From assembly GCA_964591605.1 (NCBI GenBank), contig CAZQEN010000004.1:1-52837 (forward strand): a stretch of DNA of 52,837 nucleotides, read 5' to 3'. Position 1 is the first letter of the stretch. Each line of letters opens with the position of its first letter. A program made the translations under genes and the position numbers. This document shows positions 33,131 to 42,188 of the stretch, piece after piece. The notes under the pieces are model-generated. The model saw nothing but the letters and a program-made list of their open reading frames with translations. It was not told the DNA's origin and searched no databases. The stretch is from an uncultured Planctomycetales bacterium (GTDB lineage: Bacteria; Planctomycetota; Phycisphaerae; UBA1845; PWPN01).

Positions 33131-35019
33131 GTGATGTTCCTCCTGTCGATGACGCGCCGGGCCTTGCCCTCGCTGCGCTGGAGACTGCGCGGCTCCACGA
33201 GCGTGACTTCGACGCGCAGGTTGATGGTGCGTTCGATGGACTGGGCGAGGTGGGTTCGAAATGCTTCCATTGAGCCGATGGTGTCGCTGAGAACGGCCGA
33301 GGTGACCTCCACCTGCACCTCGATGCGGTCGAGGCCCTTTTCGCGGGTCAGGATGATCTGGTAGTGGGGCAGTGTGCCTTCCACCGCCAGCAGGGCGGTC
33401 TCGATCTGCGACGGGAAGACGTTGACGCCGCGGATGATGAACATGTCGTCAGTGCGTCGGGCGATGCGCTGGATGCGTCGGATGGACCGGCCGCACGGGC
33501 AGGGCTCGGTGATGATGCGCGTCACGTCATGCGTGCGATAGCGCAGCATGGGCATGGCGTGCTTGCTGAGCGTGGTGATGACGAGCTCGCCCTCCCGCCC
33601 GTCGGGCACGGGCTCATCCCCGGCGGGATCGATCACCTCTATTAGAAAGTGGTCTTCGAAGATGTGCAGGCCGGCCTGGCAGGGGCACTCGATGCCGACG
33701 CCGGGGCCGATGATCTCGGAGAGGCCGTAGATGTCGTAGGCCCGGATGCCGCTGTCGGCTTCGATGTGCTCGCGCATGGCCTGCGTCCAGGGCTCGGCGC
33801 CGAAGATGCCCGCCCGCAGCGGCAGGTCGTGCATGTCGATGCCGAGTTCGGCGGCCCGGTCGAGCAGGTGCAGGAAGTAGCTCGGGGTGCAACAGATGGC
33901 GGTGACGCCGAAATCCTTGAGCAGCATGAGCTGTCGGTCGGTGTTGCCGCCGGAGGCGGGCACGACGGTGGCGCCCAGTGCCTCAGCGCCGTAATGGGCG
34001 CCCAGGCCGCCGGTGAAGAGGCCGTAGCCGTAGGCGTTCTGCAGAATGTCGCCCGCGTGCAGGCCGCAGGCCGCGAAGCTGCGCATCATCACGCTCGACC
34101 AGACGTCGAGATCGTGCTGGGTGTAGGCGACGACGATCGGCTTGCCGGTGGTGCCGCTGGAGGCGTGCAGGCGGACGATCTCGCTCATCGGGCGGGCGAA
34201 GAGGCCGAAGGGGTAGGTGCTGCGCAGGTCGGCCTTGTCGGTGAAGGGCAGGCGGCGGATGTCGTCAAGCGAACGGAGATCGGCCGGGTCGATCCCGCGG
34301 TCCTGCATACGCTGCCGGTACAGGCCCACTGAGCGGTATGCCCGCTGTGTGACATCCCGCAGACGTTGAAGCTGGAGCCCGCGGAGGTGTTCGAGCGGCA
34401 TGAAGTCGGGTGCACTGACGGGATGCGGCGGGCCCGGAGGCGAAGTGGCAGATCTTCGCGATTTGAGGAGTGTTGGCGAGGTGGCGGGCTTGAGGGCGAT
34501 ATCCGCGTCGTGCGACACGCCTGCCGATGGGGGCGCCTGGCTGGCGTGCTCTTTGAGCATCCGCTCGCGCACCTGCCGGAATACGGCCAGGTTGCTCTCA
34601 TGGGAGCGCTCGGGCAGGTTCGATTCGAGGGCGGCGAGCCAGCATTCCGTGGGGATGGGGAGCTCCAGACTGAGGGCCGAGAGCAGAGCCACGTTCAGGC
34701 TCCGGGCCGACACGCCGACCGACTCGATATCCCGGGGTGCCAGGAGTCGGCCGCCGCTCCGCAGATGATGCCGGTTGCAGGCGATCTGGTCTTCGCTGAG
34801 CACGACGAGGTAGTCCGCTTCGCCGGCCGGGACCATTGGGCTGAGCACGGCGGATCCGAAGCGCACGTCGCTGTAGACCGACCCTCCGCGCTGACTCATG
34901 CCGTGGATTTCACTCTTACGGGCGTCGAGGCCCGCCCGCAGCGCGGCCTCGGCGAGGATGTCTGACGCCTTGATCACGCCCTGTCCGCCGAGTCCTGCGA
35001 TGATGACGTTGGTGATCAT
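33127..35019 (-). CDS. fusion ORF: indolepyruvate/2-oxoacid:ferredoxin oxidoreductase beta subunit (IorB-like, ~165 aa) + linker + phenylacetate-CoA ligase (PaaK-like, ~425 aa)
   Basis: N-terminus IIAGLGGQGVIKASDILAEAALRAGLDARKSEIHGMSQRGGSV. From M207 (ATG 34401): LQLQRLRDVTQRAYRSVGLYRQRM...LPFTDKADLRSTYPFG...LHASSGTTGKP. There is no stop codon between the two parts. Confidence 0.85.
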   Translation of the reverse strand: MITNVIIAGLGGQGVIKASDILAEAALRAGLDARKSEIHGMSQRGGSVYSDVRFGSAVLSPMVPAGEADYLVVLSEDQIACNRHHLRSGGRLLAPRDIESVGVSARSLNVALLSALSLELPIPTECWLAALESNLPERSHESNLAVFRQVRERMLKEHASQAPPSAGVSHDADIALKPATSPTLLKSRRSATSPPGPPHPVSAPDFMPLEHLRGLQLQRLRDVTQRAYRSVGLYRQRMQDRGIDPADLRSLDDIRRLPFTDKADLRSTYPFGLFARPMSEIVRLHASSGTTGKPIVVAYTQHDLDVWSSVMMRSFAACGLHAGDILQNAYGYGLFTGGLGAHYGAEALGATVVPASGGNTDRQLMLLKDFGVTAICCTPSYFLHLLDRAAELGIDMHDLPLRAGIFGAEPWTQAMREHIEADSGIRAYDIYGLSEIIGPGVGIECPCQAGLHIFEDHFLIEVIDPAGDEPVPDGREGELVITTLSKHAMPMLRYRTHDVTRIITEPCPCGRSIRRIQRIARRTDDMFIIRGVNVFPSQIETALLAVEGTLPHYQIILTREKGLDRIEVQVEVTSAVLSDTIGSMEAFRTHLAQSIERTINLRVEVTLVEPRSLQRSEGKARRVIDRRNIT

Positions 35020-35026
35020 GGTTTGG

Positions 35027-36724
35027 TCAGTTGTCCGTGGTCAGAGGTCGGTCGTTTTGACGTGACGGGTCCGCGTGGGAGGTGTTGCGGGCATGGTTGG
35101 CCGCCTCGTACTGTCGAATTCGGCTGGCGGCCAGCACGCACGGGCGCCGGCAGATGATGACGGCGGACTGCTGCGAATCCAGCAGCTCTCGAAGGAGGGT
35201 GCGGAGCCGATCGCGATGCTTGTCGGGGTCCACCACGTGTACCTGTGGGACGCCGACGGCCCGGGCGACCGCCTCGAAGGACAGCCGGGCGGTGGCGTGA
35301 TGGTCGAGCGTGCGGCCGGTGCCGGGATGCTCCTGGAGGCCCGTCATTGCGGTGGTGCCGTTGTCGAGGATGAGCAGCACGTGGCCGGTGGCGGGGGGGT
35401 TGTAGACCATCTCGACCAGGCCGGTCAGGCCGCTGTGAACGAATGTGCTGTCGCCGATGATGCTGACGACGCGCCGGGCCTGCTCGGGCGGAAGCGTGTG
35501 TCGCAGGCCCAGGCCCACGCCGATGCTGGCGCCCATGCAACTCTGCGTGTCCATGGCCTCGAAGGGCGGGAGGGCGGCGAGTGTGTAGCAGCCGATGTCG
35601 CCGGCGACGATGCAATCGAGTTCGCGGAGCACCTCGAAGACGCTGCGGTGCGGGCAGCCCGGGCAGAGCTGCGGCGGTTTGCCGGGCGACGGGCCGGTTT
35701 CGGGCGTGGTGTCGCCGGCCAGGATGTGACGCACGCGGGAGACGTTGAGCTCGCCGAAGCGGAACATGTCGGGTTTGCCCTCGACGGGGATGCCGGCCGT
35801 GCGGAGCTGCTCGACCAGATAGGGGTCGCCTTCTTCGATGACGATGCAGCGTGCGACGCCGGTCGCGAACCGGCGGATGGTCTCGAAGGGCAGCGGGTTT
35901 GTGAGGCCGAGCTTGAGCAGCGAGGCCTCGGGCGCGGCTTCGCGGGCGTGAAGGCTGGCGACGCCGCTGGTGATGATGCCCAGGTCGGGTCGGCCGGGGA
36001 AGATCTGCTTCATGGCGGCGAGAGCGTCGGGGATGGCGGCGGCCGCGGCCTGGGCGAGTGGAGCGGCTTCGATCCATCCGGCGATCTCGGCGAGTTTGAC
36101 GCGCAGTCGATGGTGAGCCGGGCGGGCGTGGGCGGGAATCATGACGCGGCCCGAGATGTCGCGGGTGAATGCGGCGGGCGGCGGGGGGGCGAGAGTTCCC
36201 GTGGGTCGGACGGGGGATTTGGAGTGGCACACGCGTGTGGTCATGCGCAGCATCACCGGAATCGACCAGCGCTGCGAAATCTCGAATGCCCGAAGCGTGT
36301 AGTCGTAGGCCTCCTGTGCGTCGGCCGGTTCGAGCATGGGCACGCCGGCCGCGAGGGCGATCCGCCGGTTGTCCTGCTCGTTCTGACTGGAGGCCATGCC
36401 GGGGTCGTCGGCGCTGACCAGGACGAGGGAGCCCTCGACGCCGGTGTAGGCGAGGGTGAAGAGGGGGTCGGCGGCCACGTTGACGCCGACGTGCTTCATC
36501 GTGATCAGGGCGCGGCCGCGGGCGTAGGCCACGCCCATGCCGACCTCGAGTGCGACTTTTTCATTGGGGCACCACTGGGCCCGGCCGCCGTGCGCGGAGA
36601 ACTGCTCGAGGATTTCCGTCGAGGGTGTGCCGGGGTAGCCGGTGCCGAGGGTGACGCCCGCCGCGCGGGCGGCCAGGGCGATCGCTTCATTCCCGCTGAG
36701 AAACTGAACGGTGCATGGGCTCAT
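35027..36724 (-). CDS. iorA: indolepyruvate ferredoxin oxidoreductase alpha subunit (TPP-dependent)
   Basis: FLSGNEAIALAARAAGV...GYPGTPSTEI, CPGCPHR, and TPP motif GDSTFVHSGLTGL. ATG 36724 is preferred over 36844. Confidence 0.9.
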   Translation of the reverse strand: MSPCTVQFLSGNEAIALAARAAGVTLGTGYPGTPSTEILEQFSAHGGRAQWCPNEKVALEVGMGVAYARGRALITMKHVGVNVAADPLFTLAYTGVEGSLVLVSADDPGMASSQNEQDNRRIALAAGVPMLEPADAQEAYDYTLRAFEISQRWSIPVMLRMTTRVCHSKSPVRPTGTLAPPPPAAFTRDISGRVMIPAHARPAHHRLRVKLAEIAGWIEAAPLAQAAAAAIPDALAAMKQIFPGRPDLGIITSGVASLHAREAAPEASLLKLGLTNPLPFETIRRFATGVARCIVIEEGDPYLVEQLRTAGIPVEGKPDMFRFGELNVSRVRHILAGDTTPETGPSPGKPPQLCPGCPHRSVFEVLRELDCIVAGDIGCYTLAALPPFEAMDTQSCMGASIGVGLGLRHTLPPEQARRVVSIIGDSTFVHSGLTGLVEMVYNPPATGHVLLILDNGTTAMTGLQEHPGTGRTLDHHATARLSFEAVARAVGVPQVHVVDPDKHRDRLRTLLRELLDSQQSAVIICRRPCVLAASRIRQYEAANHARNTSHADPSRQNDRPLTTDN

Positions 36725-37166
36725 CGGTTGCAGAACTCGAAGGTAGTAAGTCAAGGAGCCATTGGGGCGGCCGGATGGGCCGGCCGTTGGCGTCAGTGAT
36801 GGCGTGCTCGGTGTAGCCGCGGGCGACACCCGCGCCGTTTGCATCCTGCACGATCTCGACGTCGCACCGCAGGCGGGCCCGGCCGCTCATCGCGGCCGTC
36901 GTGGTCATCCGCAGGAGATCGTCATAGCGGGCGCGGCCCAGGTACTGTACGTGCGCCTCCACGAGGGGCAGGAGCACACCGTCGGACTCGAACTGCGTGT
37001 AGGGGCGGCCCAGGGATCGCAGGAACTCGGTCCGGCCGCACTCGAACCATTCGAGGGCGCGCGAGTTGTAGAAGGTGCCCATCTGGTCGGTTTCACTGTA
37101 GCGCACGCGGAACCGCACGACGCAAAGACCTGCCCTGGATGGTTCGTTCATCCGCGACACGCACAT
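36687..37166 (-). CDS. acyl-CoA thioesterase (4HBT/YbgC-like hotdog fold)
   Basis: FRVRYSETDQMGTFYNSRALEWFECGRTEFLRSLG...LPLVEAHVQYLGRARYDD. The start may be ATG 37151. Confidence 0.85.
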   Translation of the reverse strand: MCVSRMNEPSRAGLCVVRFRVRYSETDQMGTFYNSRALEWFECGRTEFLRSLGRPYTQFESDGVLLPLVEAHVQYLGRARYDDLLRMTTTAAMSGRARLRCDVEIVQDANGAGVARGYTEHAITDANGRPIRPPQWLLDLLPSSSATDEPMHRSVSQRE

Positions 37167-37410
37167 GAGTTTACCGGAAGCGGCGGTCTCTTCCCAGCCC
37201 GAGACGGCGGGAAAGGGCGCGGAGCGGCGACCAGCGGGTCACGGTCCCGCTGGGAAGGGACTGCGACCCCGGAGGGTCGGTAAAAACCGGTGTTGGGGCT
37301 CGGACATGGCCGGGTTGTGTTCAGCACGCCTTCGAATCAGACGAAAACGACGGGGCCGTGCGTCATAATGGTAAGCGGACATCGAAGCCGGCTCTTGTGG
37401 ATGGACGCCA

Positions 37411-37950
37411 GTGGACGATCGAGAGCAGACTCAACGGCTGCAACAGGGTGACCCGGAGGCACTGCGCGCGATCTATGTGCGGTACAAGGACCACCTGCTG
37501 ACGGTGGCAACCTGCCTGCTGCTGCATCGCGAGCCGGCCGAGGATGCGTTGCACGAGGTGTTCGTGACCCTGGCCGGTGAGGCTCGTCGCCTCCGTGTTC
37601 GCGGGAGTCTGAAGTCGTATCTCGCGGCGTGTGTGGCGAACCGGGCCCGGGATGAACTCCGCCGGCGGGCACGCAGGCCGGCCGGCGCGGACGGGCTCGA
37701 GCAGACGGCCAGCCCGGCTGCGGATCCGCTCAAGACGGCGATCGATGCCGAGGAGACTGCGCGTCTGGGGACAGCTTTGGCCGAGCTGCCGTTCGAGCAG
37801 CGCGAGGTCGTGGTGCTGCACCTCCAGGCGGAGATGACCTTCGTCGAGGTGGCGCAGCATCAGGGAGTCTCGATCAACACGGTACAAAGCCGTTACCGGT
37901 ACGGAATGGACAAACTGCGGTCGCTTTTGCAGGCAGGAGTACGCACATGA
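37411..37950 (+). CDS. ECF-type RNA polymerase sigma factor
   Basis: Region 2 (YKDHLLTVATCLLLHREPAEDALHEVFV) and region 4 HTH (LPFEQREVVVLHLQAEMTFVEVAQHQGVSINTVQSRYRYGMDKLR). GTG start. Confidence 0.9.
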   Translation: MDDREQTQRLQQGDPEALRAIYVRYKDHLLTVATCLLLHREPAEDALHEVFVTLAGEARRLRVRGSLKSYLAACVANRARDELRRRARRPAGADGLEQTASPAADPLKTAIDAEETARLGTALAELPFEQREVVVLHLQAEMTFVEVAQHQGVSINTVQSRYRYGMDKLRSLLQAGVRT

Positions 37951-39182
37951 AGCCCGCAGACAACATAGAGCGTGTCATCAGAGAATTGAGAGTACAAACA
38001 AGCGCCGAGCTCGATCAGCGCATCCTCTCGGACGCCTTGCGCGCCCTGGAGCATGGCGACGCGGGCGCGGCGGACTCGACCGCAAGGGGCGGACTTCGTC
38101 CTCTTTGCCGGTCATCCTGGAGACGCATCATGCAGAGCAACTGGATCAAGCCCCTCGCCGCTGCGGCGGCCATCGGGATCGTGGCGATATTGTTTGCTAC
38201 CCTGCACCGGTCGGCACAGCCCGCGTACGCCCTTGAGCAGACGATGCAGGCCAACCGCGGCCTGCGCTTTGTCCACATCCGTTTCGGGCCCGCGGGTGAG
38301 GTGGTGAGCGAGACGTGGGCGCAGATCGACGAGCAGGGACAGGTCGTTCGGCTCAAGATGGCCCTCAACCGGACGGAGGACGGCCCCAAGGTCGTGCTCT
38401 GGGAAGGTGACAAGGCGGAAGTGTGGTTCAAGGACAAGCGGATCGTCGGGGTGCACCGTGATTCGGAGACGATCACCACTTTCGCGAACATGCTGAGGGA
38501 GTTCGAACCCGTCAGAGTGATCGAAGAGCTGTATCGTGCGCAGGCTGAGGGGCGCGTCGCAGTCGAGACTTCGCTGCCGGTCAGACGGGGCGATCCGATC
38601 ACGTTGACGGCGACGACCGCTCAAAAACCCGGCCAGCAGACGGTCTATCTGATTGACGCGCAGACCAAGCTGCTGCAGCGTCGAGAGGTGTACGAGTGGG
38701 ACGGGAGGCAGCATCAGCAGACATCACGCTGGGATTATCTCGATTACAACCAGGAGCCGGCGGAGGAAGTTTTCACGCTCGGAGCGCCGGCCGACACCGT
38801 CCGAATCGACCATACCACGCAGTTGATCGGTCTGCCGAAGGGGACGCTGTCTGACGCACAGATCACGGTCCAACTGGCTCGGGAGTTTTTTGAGGCGTTG
38901 ATCGCCGGAGATCACGCCCGGGCCGGCCAGCTTCTGAGCGGATTGCCGGCCGAGCGGGTGCCCGAGATCCTCCAGAAGCTGGGCTGGGATATGAAGTTTC
39001 TGCGGATCGTTTCGATTGGCGAGCCCGTGCCGCAGCCGGTCGCCGGCGTGGGCGGGACGGAGGTCACCTGCCAGGTGGAGGTGGAGGTGAACGGGGTTCC
39101 CACGATCCGGACGTTTACGCCCGCCATTCGCGCGGTGTCATCGAGTCAGCCGGAGCGGTGGGCCATCCACGGCGGGACGTGA
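37947..39182 (+). CDS. putative anti-sigma factor / single-pass membrane protein with ~300-aa extracytoplasmic domain
   Basis: Coupled to the sigma gene by an ATGA overlap. It has a ~65-aa cytoplasmic part and the TM segment WIKPLAAAAAIGIVAILFATL. No domain was recognised in the C-terminal part. Confidence 0.6.
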   Translation: MKPADNIERVIRELRVQTSAELDQRILSDALRALEHGDAGAADSTARGGLRPLCRSSWRRIMQSNWIKPLAAAAAIGIVAILFATLHRSAQPAYALEQTMQANRGLRFVHIRFGPAGEVVSETWAQIDEQGQVVRLKMALNRTEDGPKVVLWEGDKAEVWFKDKRIVGVHRDSETITTFANMLREFEPVRVIEELYRAQAEGRVAVETSLPVRRGDPITLTATTAQKPGQQTVYLIDAQTKLLQRREVYEWDGRQHQQTSRWDYLDYNQEPAEEVFTLGAPADTVRIDHTTQLIGLPKGTLSDAQITVQLAREFFEALIAGDHARAGQLLSGLPAERVPEILQKLGWDMKFLRIVSIGEPVPQPVAGVGGTEVTCQVEVEVNGVPTIRTFTPAIRAVSSSQPERWAIHGGT

Positions 39183-39383
39183 ACGCCGTGCGCCTGTCCA
39201 GGCATGCAGAAAGCTGATGCAGGAGAGCAGGCCGCGGAATCAGGCGGCCTGCTCGCTGTTCCGGGGGCTCTGTGCGAGCCTTGCTGACACAGCGCGTGCG
39301 GCGGCGTAAACGGCCGCGTCGCATCGGCTACCATCTTTCGCGAGCCCTGCATGTGGACTTGGCTCTCTGGAGATGATTCAGCC

Positions 39384-39515
39384 ATGTGTGATGAGACCAC
39401 CACGCGACGAGCGGTATTGAAGGCGATCGGTCTGGGCGCGACGGGACTGGGGCTGCAGACTGCCGCCGCGGCCAAGGTCTTCATGGTCTGGGACTTCTTC
39501 TCCCGCAATCACTGA
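39384..39515 (+). pseudogene. 43-codon ORF consisting only of a twin-arginine signal peptide (probable decapitated oxidoreductase gene)
   Basis: MCDETTTRRAVLKAIGLGATGLGLQTAAAAKV, then 11 unrelated codons and TGA. The signal resembles that of the Gfo/Idh/MocA gene at 48333 ([25 protein letters not shown]). Confidence 0.4.
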
Positions 39516-39740
39516 GAGTGCATCCCAAAGCTCCGCAGCGCCCAACTCTGTGGCTGGTCGATGCGACGACCGTCCCGCTGGAGTCTTCGGCGGTTTCTCA
39601 CGCCGCAGGGATCTGGACAAGAACTGGTGTGCCGCCAGAGGATTCGCGGGTCGACTGCCAGGTGCTCTTCCTCAGCCTCCTCGCGCTCGCCCTCAAAGAA
39701 ACCAGGACCCCCGGCGTGTGGTATCATGACAGGGTGCGAC

Positions 39741-40703
39741 ATGGCGAGACCTCAATCTCTGAAGTTGTTGGCAACCGCAGAGAGGATCTCTATGGGCGGC
39801 CACTATTTCAAACCAATCCGGAACCGCGGATCGAGTAACAGGGCTCGACTTCAGTCAGACGTGAAGGAGTTGCTGACGCTTCTGTCTATCTGCGTCATCG
39901 AACCGTTTGTCCGCCTGACGGACAACAACGCCCTCGCCATTCCTCTGGACCTCACGACAGCTACCGATCCCGAAGACCCCATAGCGAATCCCGCTCATCC
40001 CGTTTGCGCAGCGTACGCCAGCAGCGACTACTGCCGGGAGTCCTGGCAATACCATCTGGCAGAGCTAGCCCGTCGGCCGCAGTCCCATTGGCACAGGTGT
40101 GATTACGATAGACTCTGCGCGATCGTACCCGTTGTCTACCGGAACAGATGCCTGGCGGCCGTCAAACTGGCCTGTCCGGCCTCGATGCCGGAGGGGGATT
40201 TCGAATCTCACGTGGAGCTTCTGGACAGCCTGGTCGAGGGCTTCGTGATGGCCCACAGGGATCTCCTCAGCCGAATGGCGCACGAGCGGGCCATCTCCGG
40301 GGCCGCTCGACCCTCTTCGCGCGACGATGACGGCACGCGTAACCAGCATCCCACTCATCCACAGGTTCTCCGGGCCATCGATTACATCAACAAGCACCTT
40401 TCGGATCCCAAGCTGACCGTTGGTGCCATCGCACGCGAGCTGGACATCGATTCTTCCTACCTCGGCAATCTCTTCGCTGATCAGATGGGTCAGCGAATGA
40501 GTTGGTTTATAGCCTCTCAGCGCGTCGAACTGGCCAAAGACTTGCTTGCCACCACCCATCGACAGGTCAAAGCGATTGCCCTCCAAACCGGCCATGCCAA
40601 CCCGAACTGGTTCTGCCATATCTTCCGTGTTCATACCGGTCTGACGCCCAACGGTTATCGACGGCAGTCCCGCCAGCAACCACGGATCTCCTCGGATTCC
40701 TGA
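39741..40703 (+). CDS. AraC family transcriptional regulator with Cys/His-rich PocR-like sensor domain
   Basis: C-terminal double HTH (LTVGAIARELDIDSSYLGNLFADQMG...VKAIALQTGHANPNWFCHIFRVHTGLTPNGYRR). The N-domain has HPVCAAYASSDYCRESW...HWHRCDYDRLCAIVPVVYRNRCLAAV. The start is uncertain: 39726, 39741 or 39792. Confidence 0.85.
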   Translation: MARPQSLKLLATAERISMGGHYFKPIRNRGSSNRARLQSDVKELLTLLSICVIEPFVRLTDNNALAIPLDLTTATDPEDPIANPAHPVCAAYASSDYCRESWQYHLAELARRPQSHWHRCDYDRLCAIVPVVYRNRCLAAVKLACPASMPEGDFESHVELLDSLVEGFVMAHRDLLSRMAHERAISGAARPSSRDDDGTRNQHPTHPQVLRAIDYINKHLSDPKLTVGAIARELDIDSSYLGNLFADQMGQRMSWFIASQRVELAKDLLATTHRQVKAIALQTGHANPNWFCHIFRVHTGLTPNGYRRQSRQQPRISSDS

Positions 40704-40905
40704 GAGAACGTCGGGCTGAACGGGCCACTCTTCCATAGCCACTTTTGTTCCGGGCCGCTCCATCGGCACGGCGGTCGCACAAACAGCGCAGGATTTCCGG
40801 AATCCGTATTGTGGTTCCTGAACCGATTTGTTTTCCGTGTGAAGTGGAGAGTGGAGAGATTAGGGTGAAGGGTGAAGTATGAAGTGCTGGTCAGGGATCG
40901 GAGGA
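40551..40905. repeat. direct repeat copy 1 (araC 3' end + downstream non-coding block)
   Basis: Aligns by eye, base for base, with 41918-42256. Most positions are identical, including a 27/27 run GGCACGGCGGTCGCACAAACAGCGCAG. Confidence 0.9.
40795..40824. promoter_or_regulatory. conserved palindromes TTCCGGAA and GGTTCCTGAACC (candidate operator), copy 1
   Basis: Located at 40795-40802 and 40813-40824, about 140 nt upstream of the PEP-CTERM gene. Both motifs are identical in copy 2. Confidence 0.4.
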
Positions 40906-40961
40906 GATGGTCTGTTCGAAGTCGGATGGGCCGAATCCGGTTCCGTCTTTAGGAGGGGCGC

Positions 40962-41645
40962 ATGATGAGAAGTCGGATGGGAAGAGTCGTCTTGGCGGCT
41001 CTGGCTGTCTGTGTCGCGCAGGGGGTCTCATTTGGACAGGCGTTTACGGAAACGTTCGACACCGGGATCCCGGCGTCATGGTCGATCGTGGATAACTTCC
41101 CCATCCCGGGGAGCCCGGCTCACAGTGCCGTGCCGTGGACGACCAATGTGCTGGAGGGCATGGGCAACTACACCGCAGGAAGCGGCCAGGCGGCTACCGG
41201 CAGTTCGTACAACCACTCCGGGCAGTATGACATTTCGCTGATCATGCCCGCGTTCACCATCTCCCCGGTACCGGGTGAGGACAACCTCCGCTACCGGGTC
41301 AACTATCAACGCGTGGACGCCTTCGAGGCGTTCGACACGAACATCAGCATCAACGGCGCACCCTGGGTGACGATGGTGCACGAGACTTCCAGCCTGGGTG
41401 CGTGGTACAGTGCCGGCCCGCCCAACGTGATGCGAGTGATCGATATGGGCTTCTTCGGGGCCATGCCAGGCGACCTGGTGCGTGTGGAGTTCCGCTACTA
41501 CAGTACCTACCTGCTGCCGATGGTACACAACGAGTACGTCCAGATCGACGACGTGAACTGGGTGCTGCCGGAGCCGGGAACTCTGGCCCTGCTGGGACTG
41601 GGCGGCTTGACTGCGATCCGGCGCCGGCGCGCGGTCGAGCATTGA
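40962..41645 (+). CDS. PEP-CTERM sorting domain protein with choice-of-anchor-J/MAM-like N-domain
   Basis: AGGAGG RBS and signal peptide MMRSRMGRVVLAALAVCVAQGVSFGQA. The motif FTETFDTGIPASWSIVDN is present. The C-terminus VLPEPGTLALLGLGGLTAIRRRR combines PEP, a TM helix and an Arg cluster. Confidence 0.88.
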   Translation: MMRSRMGRVVLAALAVCVAQGVSFGQAFTETFDTGIPASWSIVDNFPIPGSPAHSAVPWTTNVLEGMGNYTAGSGQAATGSSYNHSGQYDISLIMPAFTISPVPGEDNLRYRVNYQRVDAFEAFDTNISINGAPWVTMVHETSSLGAWYSAGPPNVMRVIDMGFFGAMPGDLVRVEFRYYSTYLLPMVHNEYVQIDDVNWVLPEPGTLALLGLGGLTAIRRRRAVEH

Positions 41646-41917
41646 AGGCACGTTCGCACTGTCGCGCTCGATCGACCACGTAGACGCGTCAGGCGGCGGC
41701 CGCTTTCTCTGGCAGAGGCCACTGAAAGATCTTAAATGAGTCGTTAACCACTTGTGTGCCCATGTGGCACCCTTCTTTGACGAAGACCGCGACGTGGAGG
41801 GTGATGATCTGATGACTTTCAGGCGCTGCGTTTCCGAATTCGCGAGGTGACGCTGGGCGGTCCTGCTCCGCTTACTTGGGCTCGCCCTCAACGGAACGAG
41901 GATTAGGGTTGTTCACA

Positions 41918-42070
41918 ACCACCCATCGACAGGTCCAAACGATTCCCCTCGAAAGGGGCCATGCCAACCCGAACCGGTTCCGCCACGTCTTCCGTGTTCA
42001 TACCAGTCTGACGCCCAACGGGTATCGACGGCGGTGCCGCCAGCAACCAAGGGTCTCCTCGGATCCCTGA
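41918..42070 (+). pseudogene. orphan 3' fragment of an araC-family gene (last ~50 codons)
   Basis: TTTHRQVQTIPLERGHANPNRFRHVFRVHTSLTPNGYRRRCRQQPRVSSDP aligns with the C-terminus of the regulator at 39741-40703. No upstream HTH or sensor domain is present. Confidence 0.75.
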
Positions 42071-42158
42071 GAGAACGGATCGAACGGGCCTCTCTTCCAT
42101 AGCCACTTGCGTTCCGGGCGATTCCGCTGGCACGGCGGTCGCACAAACAGCGCAGCAT

Positions 42159-42188
42159 TTCCGGAATCCATATTGCGGTTCCTGAACC
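42159..42188. promoter_or_regulatory. conserved palindromes TTCCGGAA and GGTTCCTGAACC (candidate operator), copy 2
   Basis: Located at 42159-42166 and 42177-42188, about 340 nt upstream of the giant gene start. Confidence 0.4.

Noticed and set aside
35016-36799. Alternative-frame ORFs 35016-36230 (-) and 35075-36799 (+).
   Set aside because: They overlap iorA, whose frame carries the TPP and CPGCPHR motifs. The alternatives are Arg/Pro/Gly-rich.
39561-39740. ORF-track start at 39561 for the AraC regulator.
   Set aside because: The first 60 codons are Arg/Ser/Pro-rich with no homology expectation. Starts at 39726, 39741 or 39792 have SD-like sequences, so the exact start remains uncertain.
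40907-41095. Small ORFs opening at the AGGAGG-ATG at the 3' end of each repeat copy (40907-41095 and 42258-42482).
   Set aside because: The SD-like sequence is only about 2 nt from each ATG. The two peptides are unrelated although the DNA upstream is duplicated. The first overlaps the well-supported start of the PEP-CTERM gene out of frame. They could still be tested as uORFs.
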